Notes: generated by a model from the letters alone, not told the origin. Positions 49,521 to 58,926 are shown, numbered from the whole stretch's first letter. The stretch: 63,650 nt of DNA, filler included, from 4 parts of 4 records of this genome joined end to end with filler, not necessarily neighbours in it, one strand, 5' to 3'. Translations and numbers: made by a program.

Positions 49521-51032
49521 CTAGGTCTGGAGATCTTGTCCCCGCGGATCGTGACCTCCATCCACCGCCCCACTGGAGTTGACGGCAATCACCCCAGCCT
49601 GTCCTGCCAGCGGGCTGAAAGCGGGGATCGGCGCCAATTCATGGCCGCGCCTTGCGAGCTCGTCATGGACGGATGGCGGGAATTGCCCCTCGAGCTTGAG
49701 TGTGTCGCGACTGTCGGAAAATGTTCGACCGAGCAGGAAGCGTCCGCCTGCCAAAGCTTCAACCGGTGTCCGGCCGTAGTCGATAAGGCGGGTGAGCAGC
49801 ATGGCGAGCGTCTGTGGTTGGCCGTCGGCCCCTTGTGTCCCATAGAGCAGGCACGGCTTGCCTCCGCGAAGGGCCATGCCTGGATTGAGGGTGTAGAAGG
49901 GCCGTTTGCCGGGACGGAAGCCATTGACGTGATCAGGGTCTGACGCGAAAGCCGCGCCCCGGTTCTGCCAGAGAATGCCTGTGTCACCGGCGACGACGCC
50001 GCTTCCCCAGTCGAAATAAATGCTCTGGAGCACGGATGCGCAGCGACCTTCGCTGTCGGTCGCTGCGAAATAGACGGTGTCAGCGGGCGCAAATCTGTGT
50101 GGCCAGGCCATGGCGCGCGCACCAATTGAGTTCGCTTTGGCCTGGAGCTGGGCCGGATCGAGCAAGGTGCTGTAGTCAAACGCACTGCCGTCGGGATCGG
50201 CAATCATTGGACGATCAAGAAAGGCGCGCTTGACGGCTTCGACCACCAGGTGAACGTGCTCGGCACTGTCCTCCTTGATGGACGAAAAGTCGAAATGGGA
50301 AAGAATGCCCATTATGGCGAGTGTCGTCAGGCCCTGGGTCGGCGCAGGCGGCGCGAGCAGTTGCAGACCCCGGTATTGGATGGCAACAGGCGCGGCGCTT
50401 CGGGTCTGCGTCGCGGCAAGATCGGCATGGTCAATCGGCACACCAGCCGCCTGCAGGCCACTAACGATCCTGTGGCTTAGATCGCCCTCGTAGAAACTGC
50501 GGGCGCCGTCCCTGGCGATCGTTTCAAGCGTGCGGGCAAGTTGAGGCTGGACACAAAACCCCTCCTGCCGGAAAAGCGCATCGAAGCCAGGCCAGTTGGC
50601 CGTTTCGTTCGCGCGAAAGGCCAGCCAGTGGGCCTGGGACGCGGAAACCGCAAAGCCATCGGCTGCGATCTTGATCGCCGGGGCAAGGAGATCGCCCAGA
50701 GAATGCCGGGCGGGCCAATGCGCAAGGGCATGGGCCCAACTGTCGACAACCGCAGCGGTTGTGAGCACCGAGCGTGGTCCCCGCACCGGAATGGGTGCCG
50801 TTGCATCTCCACCGCTTATTGCCTGCCCTATCCCGAGAATGGCGGTTTCATTGCCCTGTCCATCGGAAACCAGCCAGACGGCATCGCCGCCAAGCCCGCA
50901 GAAATGCGGATAGACCACCGCCATCATGGCATTGACCGCGATGGCGGCCTCTATCGCATTGCCGCCCCTTGCCAGAACGTCTTCACCGGCCTTTGTCGCC
51001 AATGGATGGGGGCTGACGATCATGCCGGGCAT
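49521..51032 (-). CDS. ggt: Gamma-glutamyltransferase family Ntn hydrolase (HpxW/oxamate amidohydrolase-like)
   Basis: GGNAIEAAIA, CGLGGD, processing-site DTVYF, QSIYFDWGSG, PGKRPFYTLNP, GTQGADGQPQ, DPRG. Confidence 0.88.
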   Translation of the reverse strand: MPGMIVSPHPLATKAGEDVLARGGNAIEAAIAVNAMMAVVYPHFCGLGGDAVWLVSDGQGNETAILGIGQAISGGDATAPIPVRGPRSVLTTAAVVDSWAHALAHWPARHSLGDLLAPAIKIAADGFAVSASQAHWLAFRANETANWPGFDALFRQEGFCVQPQLARTLETIARDGARSFYEGDLSHRIVSGLQAAGVPIDHADLAATQTRSAAPVAIQYRGLQLLAPPAPTQGLTTLAIMGILSHFDFSSIKEDSAEHVHLVVEAVKRAFLDRPMIADPDGSAFDYSTLLDPAQLQAKANSIGARAMAWPHRFAPADTVYFAATDSEGRCASVLQSIYFDWGSGVVAGDTGILWQNRGAAFASDPDHVNGFRPGKRPFYTLNPGMALRGGKPCLLYGTQGADGQPQTLAMLLTRLIDYGRTPVEALAGGRFLLGRTFSDSRDTLKLEGQFPPSVHDELARRGHELAPIPAFSPLAGQAGVIAVNSSGAVDGGHDPRGQDLQT

Positions 51033-51850
51033 CAGATGAGGCTCCAGAACATGCGGATGGCTGTCGCCAAAAGGAAGACGGCGAATGCGACACGCAGGCT
51101 CTGCTGCGGAATCGCGTGGGCAATCCGTGCGCCCAGGGGGGCGAATGCCATAGTCAGCGGCGCAATGGCGGCGAAGGCTATCAGGTTCACATAGCCCAGC
51201 GACAATGGCGGCAGTGAAGGCACGCCCCAGCCCACAATGACAAACCCTATGGTCCCGGGGATAGCAATGAAAAAGCCAATGGCCGAGGCCGTGCCGACCG
51301 CCTTGCGCATCTCGAAACCGAAGGCCGTGAGGATGGGCACGCTCAGCGTGCCGCCGCCAATGCCCATCATCGCCGAAAACAAGCCGACAATACCGCCCGA
51401 CAGCGAACGGGCAGCCGCATTGGGAAAGCTATCCCGCACCGGCTCATTGTTACGCCGCCAGAACATGTTGAGCGCAACGAGCAGCGCCACGACGCCGAAA
51501 ACACCCGTCAGCACTTGCCCATCGACATAGCCGGCTGCCACCGTTCCGACAACGACGCCGGTGGTCACCGGCAGGGCCCATTGTCGCAGAAGCACGTAGT
51601 CCACGGCGCCCCGCTTATGGTGGCTCCGCGCCGAACTGAGCGAGGTCAGTACGATGGTGGCCAGAGAGGTCGCGACGGCGATCTTCATGGCGAGCCCGGT
51701 TTCGGTCCCGATGGCCTCAAGCAGCGTGAAAAGCACGGGCACGATCACGATCCCGCCACCCACGCCGAGCAAGCCCGCAAGAAGGCCGCCCGCGATTCCG
51801 GCGCCAGCAGCGGCGAGGGCAAACGTCACTATGTCAGTCCAAATAGGCAT
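51032..51850 (-). CDS. Sulfite exporter TauE/SafE family membrane protein
   Basis: AGLLGVGGGIVIVP, AVATSLA, GIGGG..VP, AVGTAS. Confidence 0.9.
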   Translation of the reverse strand: MPIWTDIVTFALAAAGAGIAGGLLAGLLGVGGGIVIVPVLFTLLEAIGTETGLAMKIAVATSLATIVLTSLSSARSHHKRGAVDYVLLRQWALPVTTGVVVGTVAAGYVDGQVLTGVFGVVALLVALNMFWRRNNEPVRDSFPNAAARSLSGGIVGLFSAMMGIGGGTLSVPILTAFGFEMRKAVGTASAIGFFIAIPGTIGFVIVGWGVPSLPPLSLGYVNLIAFAAIAPLTMAFAPLGARIAHAIPQQSLRVAFAVFLLATAIRMFWSLI

Positions 51851-51859
51851 AAGTCGCTC

Positions 51860-53101
51860 TCAGGGGTTGGCAACAGGATGTTCTGGCTTCAGCAGAACCG
51901 GCCGCTCGCGCGCAAAGGTCTTCCGGCCACGCTTCAGGGCAAAGAGCGGCGGTGCAATCGCGCCGAGCGCTTCGACCTGATCGGGAGCATCGAGCACCAC
52001 AAGATCGGCGAATGCCCCCGCCTCGATGCCATAACCCTCAAGCTTGAGAAGCCGGGCCGGGCTGTCGGTCACCAGATCCAGCACGCCAGCGAAGTCGAGC
52101 GGCCCCGCATGGCAGACATTGGCGTAGAGATTGGCCATGCGAAGCAGGGAGAAATCGCCGAAGGGCGTGAAGGGATTGAGGACATTATTGGTCGCGATGG
52201 AGCAGCGGACCCCCGCCTTTGCGAGCCGGTGAACCGGCGCGACGCCACGGGGGATGTTTTCGGTCTGCTCCCGACCGGTGAGGAAAAGGTCAGTCGAGGG
52301 CAGCGACGTCACGGCGACGCCGGCAGAAGCCAGCCGCGCCGTGACCGCGTCGAGGCGATCGGGCGTGAGCGCCGAGAGCTTGGTGGCATGACCAATGGCA
52401 ACCCGCCCGCCAAGGCGACGAGCCTCGGTCTCGCGCAGGACGGCGTCGAGATTCATCCAAGTCGGATCGAGATCGAAATCGAGATGAAAATCGATATCGA
52501 CGTCAAATCGTTGCGCCAGGTCGAAAATGCGGACGACATGGCCGTCCGGCTCGGTGTCGGTATAGGGACAACCGCCGATCAGGTCAGCGCCGCTCTCCAG
52601 GGCCTGGATGAGAAGTGCCTCGGTCCCGGGATTGTTGAACAGCCCCTCCTGCGGAAAGACGCAGATCGACAGATCAATCGCCCAGGCATAGTCCCGCTTG
52701 AGCTGGCGGAGCGCCTCGAAGGAACGCAGGCCGATCTTGGGATCAATCTCCACATGCGCCCGCATGAAACTGGTGCCCTGCACGATAGCTTGGTCAAGGC
52801 AGCGGGCACCCCTGTCATAGACGTCCTGCACGTCAAATTCCGACTTGAGCTCTGACACCGCCGCGATGGCCGCATCCAGCGTCGCATGGTCATGCCCGCA
52901 CCGATCCAGCAGGCAGGCCTTATCGAGATGGACATGCGTGTCGCAGAAGCCCGGGAGCACGATGCAGCCACCGACATCCTCGATGCGCGCATCCGCCTCG
53001 ATGCGGCGCTCGACAGCCCGAATACGCTGGCCCGTGATCGCGATATCCCAAACGCCGCCCCTGCCCCGCAGATGTGCATTGCGGACAATCAGATCGATCA
53101 C
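51860..53101 (-). CDS. Amidohydrolase, cytosine-deaminase-like fold with non-canonical catalytic residues
   Basis: PGFCDTHVHLDK, FPQEG, DFHLDF, GHAT, ATNNVLNPFTPFG; GTG start after AAGGGAG. Confidence 0.88.
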   Translation of the reverse strand: MIDLIVRNAHLRGRGGVWDIAITGQRIRAVERRIEADARIEDVGGCIVLPGFCDTHVHLDKACLLDRCGHDHATLDAAIAAVSELKSEFDVQDVYDRGARCLDQAIVQGTSFMRAHVEIDPKIGLRSFEALRQLKRDYAWAIDLSICVFPQEGLFNNPGTEALLIQALESGADLIGGCPYTDTEPDGHVVRIFDLAQRFDVDIDFHLDFDLDPTWMNLDAVLRETEARRLGGRVAIGHATKLSALTPDRLDAVTARLASAGVAVTSLPSTDLFLTGREQTENIPRGVAPVHRLAKAGVRCSIATNNVLNPFTPFGDFSLLRMANLYANVCHAGPLDFAGVLDLVTDSPARLLKLEGYGIEAGAFADLVVLDAPDQVEALGAIAPPLFALKRGRKTFARERPVLLKPEHPVANP

Positions 53102-53221
53102 TGGTGAGAACTCCCTTGCAGTTGCCCAGGAAATACGCATACACTTTTGTATCACTATTGCATTCAGTTTCTACAAATTCCAGTGCGCAGAAATGGCACT
53201 GTCTGTTGAAAGGCTAGACCG

Positions 53222-53653
53222 ATGGCTGCAACCATGTCCGCGGTGGACATCTCGGAACGTCTTGAAGACCCCGACGCCGAGATCGTGCGGCAATATCTGG
53301 AAGCCTCGATGATTCCAGACCCTGAGGCTGCGGCCAGGTTTGTGTCGGCAGATTTCGTCGTCACCTTTACCGGTGGACGGGACTACGACCACCCACGTGG
53401 CCCGACGGCGTTCAATGCGGCGCGCTACAAATGGGTGAAAAAGAGCATGGAGCGTTTCGACGTCGCCCGTGCGGCCGGCGAAACGGTGGTCTACAGCATT
53501 GGCACGCTCTATGGCGAATGGCTTGATGGCACGCCGTTCAAGGACAATCGCTACGTCGACCGCTTTGTCGTGCGTGATGGCGCGATCATCAAGATGGATG
53601 TCTGGAACGACAGCGCCGAGTGGATCCTGGATCCTTCCGTTGCTCGCCGCTAG
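53222..53653 (+). CDS. SnoaL/NTF2-like protein
   Basis: GTLYGEWLDGTPF..NRYVDRFVVRDGAI..MDVWNDSAE. Confidence 0.82.
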   Translation: MAATMSAVDISERLEDPDAEIVRQYLEASMIPDPEAAARFVSADFVVTFTGGRDYDHPRGPTAFNAARYKWVKKSMERFDVARAAGETVVYSIGTLYGEWLDGTPFKDNRYVDRFVVRDGAIIKMDVWNDSAEWILDPSVARR

Positions 53654-53672
53654 ATCGGCGAGCAACGCGCCA

Positions 53673-54437
53673 TCAGCGCTTGCGCACAGGCCTGCGCGCT
53701 GACGGCATCGCTGCCTGCTCGGCATAGGGCGCCAGAATTTCCATGAGATCGCGTCCGCGCGCCTCCGGCGCCACCAGCAGGGCGCGCTCGGCAACATCCT
53801 CAAGGTGATTGCTCATCAATTTCATGGCGTTATCGGATTCGCCGGCGACGAGCGCCTCGATAATCTGGCCATGCTCGTTGACGGCACATTCGGAAGAATG
53901 CGGGCGGCTGAAGGCCGACAGCGTCAGTGCGCAGCGATATGAGACCTCGTTGACATAGCGCGTCAGGATGGACTTCCCAGTCATCTCCGCCAGCATCACG
54001 TGGAACTCGGTCGCCAGCCGGATCGAAGCGGCTTCGCTGCCGCCCCTGGCAGACTGTTCCGCCTTGACGTGTCCGCGCAACGCAGCGATCTGGTCCTTGT
54101 CGAGACGCCCGGCCAGCGCCTTGACGACAAGCCGTTCCAGCTCGATCCGGATGTCGAATGTGTCACGCGCCTCTTCCATTGAGGGTGTCGCAACCACGGC
54201 GATCCGGTTTCGGCGCAAATCCACCAGGCCTTCCGAGCCCAATTGCCCGAGCGCATGGCGCGCTATGGTCCGGCTGACGCCGAAGCGCTCTCCAAGCGCA
54301 TCCTCAGGCAATCGGTCACCAGGACGCAACGCGCGCTCAACAATGGCACGACGTATCGCCCGGCATATTGTTCCGGCCTTATCGTCCCCCTTGGGGTCTT
54401 CACCGTCGATCTCGCCTGTCATCGCGCTTCTGGACAC
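53673..54437 (-). CDS. GntR (FCD/FadR subfamily) transcriptional regulator
   Basis: LRPGDRLPEDALGERFGVSRT HTH; FH and EH..I..AL in the FCD domain. Confidence 0.9.
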   Translation of the reverse strand: MSRSAMTGEIDGEDPKGDDKAGTICRAIRRAIVERALRPGDRLPEDALGERFGVSRTIARHALGQLGSEGLVDLRRNRIAVVATPSMEEARDTFDIRIELERLVVKALAGRLDKDQIAALRGHVKAEQSARGGSEAASIRLATEFHVMLAEMTGKSILTRYVNEVSYRCALTLSAFSRPHSSECAVNEHGQIIEALVAGESDNAMKLMSNHLEDVAERALLVAPEARGRDLMEILAPYAEQAAMPSARRPVRKR

Positions 54438-54545
54438 AATCGCTCCGCTTTTTCGCTCCGTTGGTGATAGCGGCTGGCGGGCCGATGATCAATCTCGGAC
54501 CGCCCTCTGATCACGTTCTGACCGCTCAATTTGAATCCACTTCAG

Positions 54546-54562
54546 TGCACAAATGATGTGCA
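54546..54562. promoter_or_regulatory. NtrC-type enhancer site
   Basis: TGCAC-AAATGAT-GTGCA (TGCAC-N7-GTGCA), about 100 bp upstream of a sigma54 promoter. Confidence 0.7.
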
Positions 54563-54658
54563 ATGTCGTTCGGACGGTCAGCACGAAACGGAACACATGT
54601 CGGGCAGCTGGCTCCGCGAGGCCCGGAAAGCGGGGAGTTTCGCATCTCAACGGCAAAC

Positions 54659-54674
54659 TGGCACCCGTATTGCA
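54659..54674 (+). promoter_or_regulatory. Sigma54 (-24/-12) promoter of the ABC operon
   Basis: TGGCAC-CCGTA-TTGCA, a perfect match to TGGCAC-N5-TTGCW. Confidence 0.8.
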
Positions 54675-54687
54675 TACACTATTTGTC

Positions 54688-55575
54688 ATGAACAGTATGC
54701 AGACACCAACGACGACCCCTCACTTGCCCATAGCCGAGGCGAATGCAGCAGCGCGTGTGGCCGCACCAGCCGTCGAGCTGTCAAAGGTCACCGTCACTTT
54801 CGGCCAGGGCAAGAGCCAGGTTCCGGCTCTGTCGGAAACCTCGATGAAAATTGCCGATGGCGAGTTCCTTGCCCTCGTGGGTCCTTCAGGATGCGGCAAG
54901 TCAACAATTCTCAAGCTGGCTGCGGGCCTCATCAGCCCGACGTCCGGCGCCGTGATTGTTGGCGGACGCGAAGTCGCCGCCAAGGCCTTGCGTATCGGCA
55001 TGGCGTTCCAGAACCCGACCATGCTGCCATGGCTGACCATCGAGAAGAACGTCATGATGCCGCTCAAGATCGTGCGGCCGTTCCGGCAACAGTTTCATGC
55101 CAAGAAGACCGAGTTTCGCGATCGCGTCCATGCGCTGCTCGATGATGTCGGGCTGAAAGGCTTTGCCAATCATTTCCCGTGGCAATTGTCGGGCGGCATG
55201 CTGCAGCGCGCCAACCTTTGCCGCGCGCTGGTCCACGAGCCGCGCCTGCTGCTGCTCGATGAACCGTTCGGCGCACTGGATCAGTTCACGCGCGAAGAGC
55301 TCTGGGGAACCATGCAGGATCTGTGGATCAAGCGGCGGCCCACCGTGCTGCTGGTTACACACGATCTCAAGGAAGCCGGCTTTCTTGCTGAGCGCATCTG
55401 CGTGATGAGCGCGCGGCCCGGCCGCATTCTCGATGACAGCGCCGTGGATTTCCCGCGCCCGCGGACAATCGAGATGACGTTCGAATCCGGCTTTGTCGAC
55501 CTTAACCAGCGCCTGCGCAGCCTGATTGTTGATGCGCGTGGTAGCGGCCGTCCCAACGAGGAGCCCCGCACATGA
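54688..55575 (+). CDS. NitT/TauT family ABC ATP-binding protein
   Basis: GPSGCGKST, LSGGMLQR, LDEPFGALD, VTHD. Start is 54688 or 54697. Confidence 0.92.
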   Translation: MNSMQTPTTTPHLPIAEANAAARVAAPAVELSKVTVTFGQGKSQVPALSETSMKIADGEFLALVGPSGCGKSTILKLAAGLISPTSGAVIVGGREVAAKALRIGMAFQNPTMLPWLTIEKNVMMPLKIVRPFRQQFHAKKTEFRDRVHALLDDVGLKGFANHFPWQLSGGMLQRANLCRALVHEPRLLLLDEPFGALDQFTREELWGTMQDLWIKRRPTVLLVTHDLKEAGFLAERICVMSARPGRILDDSAVDFPRPRTIEMTFESGFVDLNQRLRSLIVDARGSGRPNEEPRT

Positions 55576-56342
55576 GCTATACCCTCAAGCGACGGTTTTC
55601 GGCCTTCGCCCTGATCATTGGCTTTTTCGTCTCCTGGGAAGTGCTCTGCCTGGTTCTTGGCGTCTCCGACCTCATTCTGCCCCGTCCGTCGCAGGTTTTC
55701 GAAACGCTGTTCGCCCGCATGAACGTTCTGTGGCCGCACATGGTCCAGACGCTGGTCACGACCCTGATCGGTTTTGCGCTGGGGGTGGCCATCGGCGTGC
55801 TGATCGGCGCGGTGGTCGGGGTCTCGCGCACCGCCTATGACACGGCCTATCCGCTACTGATCGGCTTTTCATCGATCCCCAAGGTCGCTGTCGTACCGAT
55901 CTTCGTGCTCTGGTTCGGCTCGGGCACCGTGCCCGCCATCCTGACCGCCATCGTGATCTGCTTCTTCCCCATCGTGGTCAATATCGCCACAGGCCTGGCA
56001 ACGACCGAACCCGAACAGGAAGACGTGCTCAAGGCACTGGGCGCCAGCAAGCTCGACATTTTGTGGAATGTCGGACTGCCGCGCACGATGCCCTTCTTCT
56101 TTGCGTCGCTGAAGGTGGCCATCACCTACGCTTTCGTGGGCACGGTGCTGTCCGAGACCGTGGCCTCCAACCGGGGCATCGGCAACGTCATGATGACGGC
56201 TTCATCCAATTTCGACGTGCCACTCGTGTTTGCAGGCCTGTTCATTCTGGCCGCACTCGGTGTCGTGCTCTACGCGATCTTCTCGCTGATCGAGGGCCGG
56301 GTCACCGGCTGGGCGACCCGCAAGAACGATATTCCAACCTGA
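55572..56342 (+). CDS. NitT/TauT family ABC permease
   Basis: ILPRPSQV, SIPKVAVVP, FFPIVVN, SETVASNRGIG. Confidence 0.92.
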   Translation: MSYTLKRRFSAFALIIGFFVSWEVLCLVLGVSDLILPRPSQVFETLFARMNVLWPHMVQTLVTTLIGFALGVAIGVLIGAVVGVSRTAYDTAYPLLIGFSSIPKVAVVPIFVLWFGSGTVPAILTAIVICFFPIVVNIATGLATTEPEQEDVLKALGASKLDILWNVGLPRTMPFFFASLKVAITYAFVGTVLSETVASNRGIGNVMMTASSNFDVPLVFAGLFILAALGVVLYAIFSLIEGRVTGWATRKNDIPT

Positions 56343-56376
56343 TCCACCCATCTCACCAAGCACAAGGAGTACTTCA

Positions 56377-57405
56377 ATGAAACGTCTACTGACTGCTGCC
56401 CTCGGCTTCGTCGCCCTGACGACGTCAACGGCCTTTGCTCAGGAACTGACCGACATCCGCTTTACGCTGGGCTGGGTGACCCAGGGGTCCGACGCTGCCT
56501 TCTTCGTCGCCAAGGACAAGGGCTATTTCGAGGAAGAAGGCCTCAACGTCACCATCGACAAGGGCGAAGGCTCCGGCGCCACGGTAACCCGCATCATGGG
56601 TGGGGCCTATGACGCCGGATTTGGTGATATCAATGCCATCATCCAGAACGCCGCGGAGCGTCCCGACGAGGTGCCGGTCATGGTCTACATGATGTGGAAC
56701 CAACCGCCTTTTGCCATTGTCACCAAGAAGACCAGTGGCATCACCTCCATCCAGGATTTCGAAGGTCGTGTCATCGGCGGCGCACAGGGCACCCCAACGA
56801 CCCGGCTCATGCCCGTCTTTGCCCGCACCAACGGCCTCGACATGGACGCCATCGAGACGTCCAACATGGCGCCGAACCTGCAGGAACCCATGCTGATCCG
56901 CGGTGAGATCGATGGCGCATATGTCTTCAACATCACGAGCTATTTCAACCTGATCAACAACCGCCAAAACCCCGACGAGGATTACGACTTCTGGCAGTTC
57001 GGCGACTACGGCCTGGACCTTTATTCAAATGGCGTGATGGTTTCCCAGCAGTTGATCGAAGAAAACCCGGAGGCCGTCGCGGGTCTGGTTCGCGCCGTCA
57101 ACAAGGCATCGATCGAGATCGGCCTCGACCAGGATACCGCGATGGAAGCGGTCATGAACTACGACAACCTGGTCAACGAAGAGGTGGAGCGGATGCGTCT
57201 GAACTTTGCCTATGAAAAGCTCATGGCCTCCGAAGAAGCCGCCGAAATCGGCCTCGGCGACGTCGACGATGAGCGTCTGGCCCGCTCTATCGACATCGTG
57301 GTTGAAGGCTATGGCCTGGCCAACACCCCGGACGTCAGCCAGATTTTCTCGCGCGAATTCCTGCCGGCACGCGAAGAGCGTGAACTGGTCTACGTCAAGC
57401 AGTAA
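56377..57405 (+). CDS. NMT1/THI5-like ABC substrate-binding protein
   Basis: Signal peptide, FTLGW, KGYFEEEGLNV..GEGS, GLDLYSNG; AAGGAG RBS. Confidence 0.9.
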   Translation: MKRLLTAALGFVALTTSTAFAQELTDIRFTLGWVTQGSDAAFFVAKDKGYFEEEGLNVTIDKGEGSGATVTRIMGGAYDAGFGDINAIIQNAAERPDEVPVMVYMMWNQPPFAIVTKKTSGITSIQDFEGRVIGGAQGTPTTRLMPVFARTNGLDMDAIETSNMAPNLQEPMLIRGEIDGAYVFNITSYFNLINNRQNPDEDYDFWQFGDYGLDLYSNGVMVSQQLIEENPEAVAGLVRAVNKASIEIGLDQDTAMEAVMNYDNLVNEEVERMRLNFAYEKLMASEEAAEIGLGDVDDERLARSIDIVVEGYGLANTPDVSQIFSREFLPAREERELVYVKQ

Positions 57406-57419
57406 GGTTGCCTGCCCTC

Positions 57420-57448
57420 GACCCGGGGCCATTTGCCGGCCCCGGGTC
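57420..57448 (+). terminator. Intercistronic hairpin after the SBP gene
   Basis: GACCCGGGGCC / GGCCCCGGGTC with no U-tract, so probably a stabiliser rather than a true terminator. Confidence 0.5.
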
Positions 57449-57480
57449 AACTCTCGCCAATCCATCCGGGTCCGATCTTC

Positions 57481-58926
57481 ATGCAGTCCATCCAGGCCAG
57501 CTTTGCCCTCATCGATCCTGCAAGGGGCGTCGACAAAGACGTTGCGATTGAACTGGATGAGGGCGTCGTCTCGAAGCTGACGCCAGGCGCGGCCTTGCCA
57601 CCCGGAACCGGCCGCACTCTGGTCCTGCCCGCTTTTGCCAATGGACATGATCACGCCCGGCCCCTGGCGATGTCGTCCTTTGGTGCTGCTTCCATGCCCC
57701 TCGAGACCTGGCTGCCCCGCTCCATGGTCGCCACGCCCCCCGATGCCTATCTGGCGGCGCTTGCGCCCCTGGCGCGGGCTGCGAGATCCGGATGCGCCTC
57801 GGTGATGGTTCACTACACGCGGCCCAGCGGAAAGCTCTCCGCAGTAGACGAGGCCCGCGAAGTCGCACGTGCTGCCGCCGATATCGGCGTGCGGATTGCC
57901 TATGCCCCGGCCCTGCGCGACCGCAACCCGCTGGTCTATGGCAATGAGGCCGATATTCTTGCCCGTCTTCCTGTGGAGACGGCCGCGCTGGTCAGGCAGA
58001 CCTATTGCCAGCCGCCCGCATCCATTGCCGCCATGATCGAGACGACCGAGGCTATCGCCGAAGCCATTGCGGGGCCAATGGTTGACGTGCAGTTCGGACC
58101 GGCGGCAGTGCAGTGGTGCTCGCCTGCCCTGCTCGAAGCCATCGCAACGCGGTCCGCTGAAACCGGTCGTCGTGTTCATATGCACCTTCTCGAAACCGTC
58201 CACCAACGCGAATGGGCGGATCGCAATTTTCCGCAGGGGATCGTGACCTATCTCAAGGAGATCGGCCTGCTTTCCCCGCGCCTGGCGCTCGCCCATTGCA
58301 TTCACGCCCGTCCGGACGAACTCGACATGATCGCCGAGGCCGGGGCGACCATTGTCACCAATTCGAGCTCCAACATGCACCTGCGCTCCGGCATCGGCCC
58401 TATTGCCGACGCCTATGCCCGAGGTTGCCGCATTGCCGTCGGCATGGACGGATTGGCGTTCGATGAAGATGACGACATGGTGCGCGAGACCCGCCTGGCC
58501 AATGCCCTGCATGGCGGCGTGAGCTTTGAGCAGACCTGGCACCGCCCGACATTTCTTGCGCAAAGCATCGCCAATGGCCGAGCGGCGACGGGTGCGCCCG
58601 GCACGGGGCGAATCGACCAGGGCAATGCGGCTGACCTTGTTGTCATGGACTATGACATGCTCGACCGCGACCGGATCATGGAGGTCGACCCCATTGATCT
58701 TCTCTTCGCCAGGGCCAATGCCAGCCATATCGCGGAGGTCATCGTCGCGGGCCGCACCATCGTCAAGAACGGCCAGCTGCTCGGCGTCGACCTCGATGCC
58801 GCGCATGTTGAGTTGCGCGCTCTCTACCGTGCGGAAACAAACCGCTTTGAGAGCCTCAAATCGGCATGGCCGGCCATCGCGGTCGAAATCGAACACTGGT
58901 TCCACGATATGTCGGGGTGTTGCTAA
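57481..58926 (+). CDS. Amidohydrolase (AtzA/SsnA/8-oxoguanine deaminase-like)
   Basis: PAFANGHDH, HMHLLET, LAHC, SNMHLRSG, GMDG, ADLVV. Confidence 0.88.
   Translation: MQSIQASFALIDPARGVDKDVAIELDEGVVSKLTPGAALPPGTGRTLVLPAFANGHDHARPLAMSSFGAASMPLETWLPRSMVATPPDAYLAALAPLARAARSGCASVMVHYTRPSGKLSAVDEAREVARAAADIGVRIAYAPALRDRNPLVYGNEADILARLPVETAALVRQTYCQPPASIAAMIETTEAIAEAIAGPMVDVQFGPAAVQWCSPALLEAIATRSAETGRRVHMHLLETVHQREWADRNFPQGIVTYLKEIGLLSPRLALAHCIHARPDELDMIAEAGATIVTNSSSNMHLRSGIGPIADAYARGCRIAVGMDGLAFDEDDDMVRETRLANALHGGVSFEQTWHRPTFLAQSIANGRAATGAPGTGRIDQGNAADLVVMDYDMLDRDRIMEVDPIDLLFARANASHIAEVIVAGRTIVKNGQLLGVDLDAAHVELRALYRAETNRFESLKSAWPAIAVEIEHWFHDMSGCC

Noticed and set aside
53194-53210. TGGCAC upstream of the SnoaL gene as a sigma54 promoter
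   Set aside because: No TTGC at the required spacing.
49521-58926. Assigning the cluster specifically to riboflavin/lumichrome degradation
   Set aside because: Tempting for a Devosia-like host and an oxamate-type end step, but no flavin monooxygenase or ring-cleaving oxygenase is present, so the sequence does not support it.
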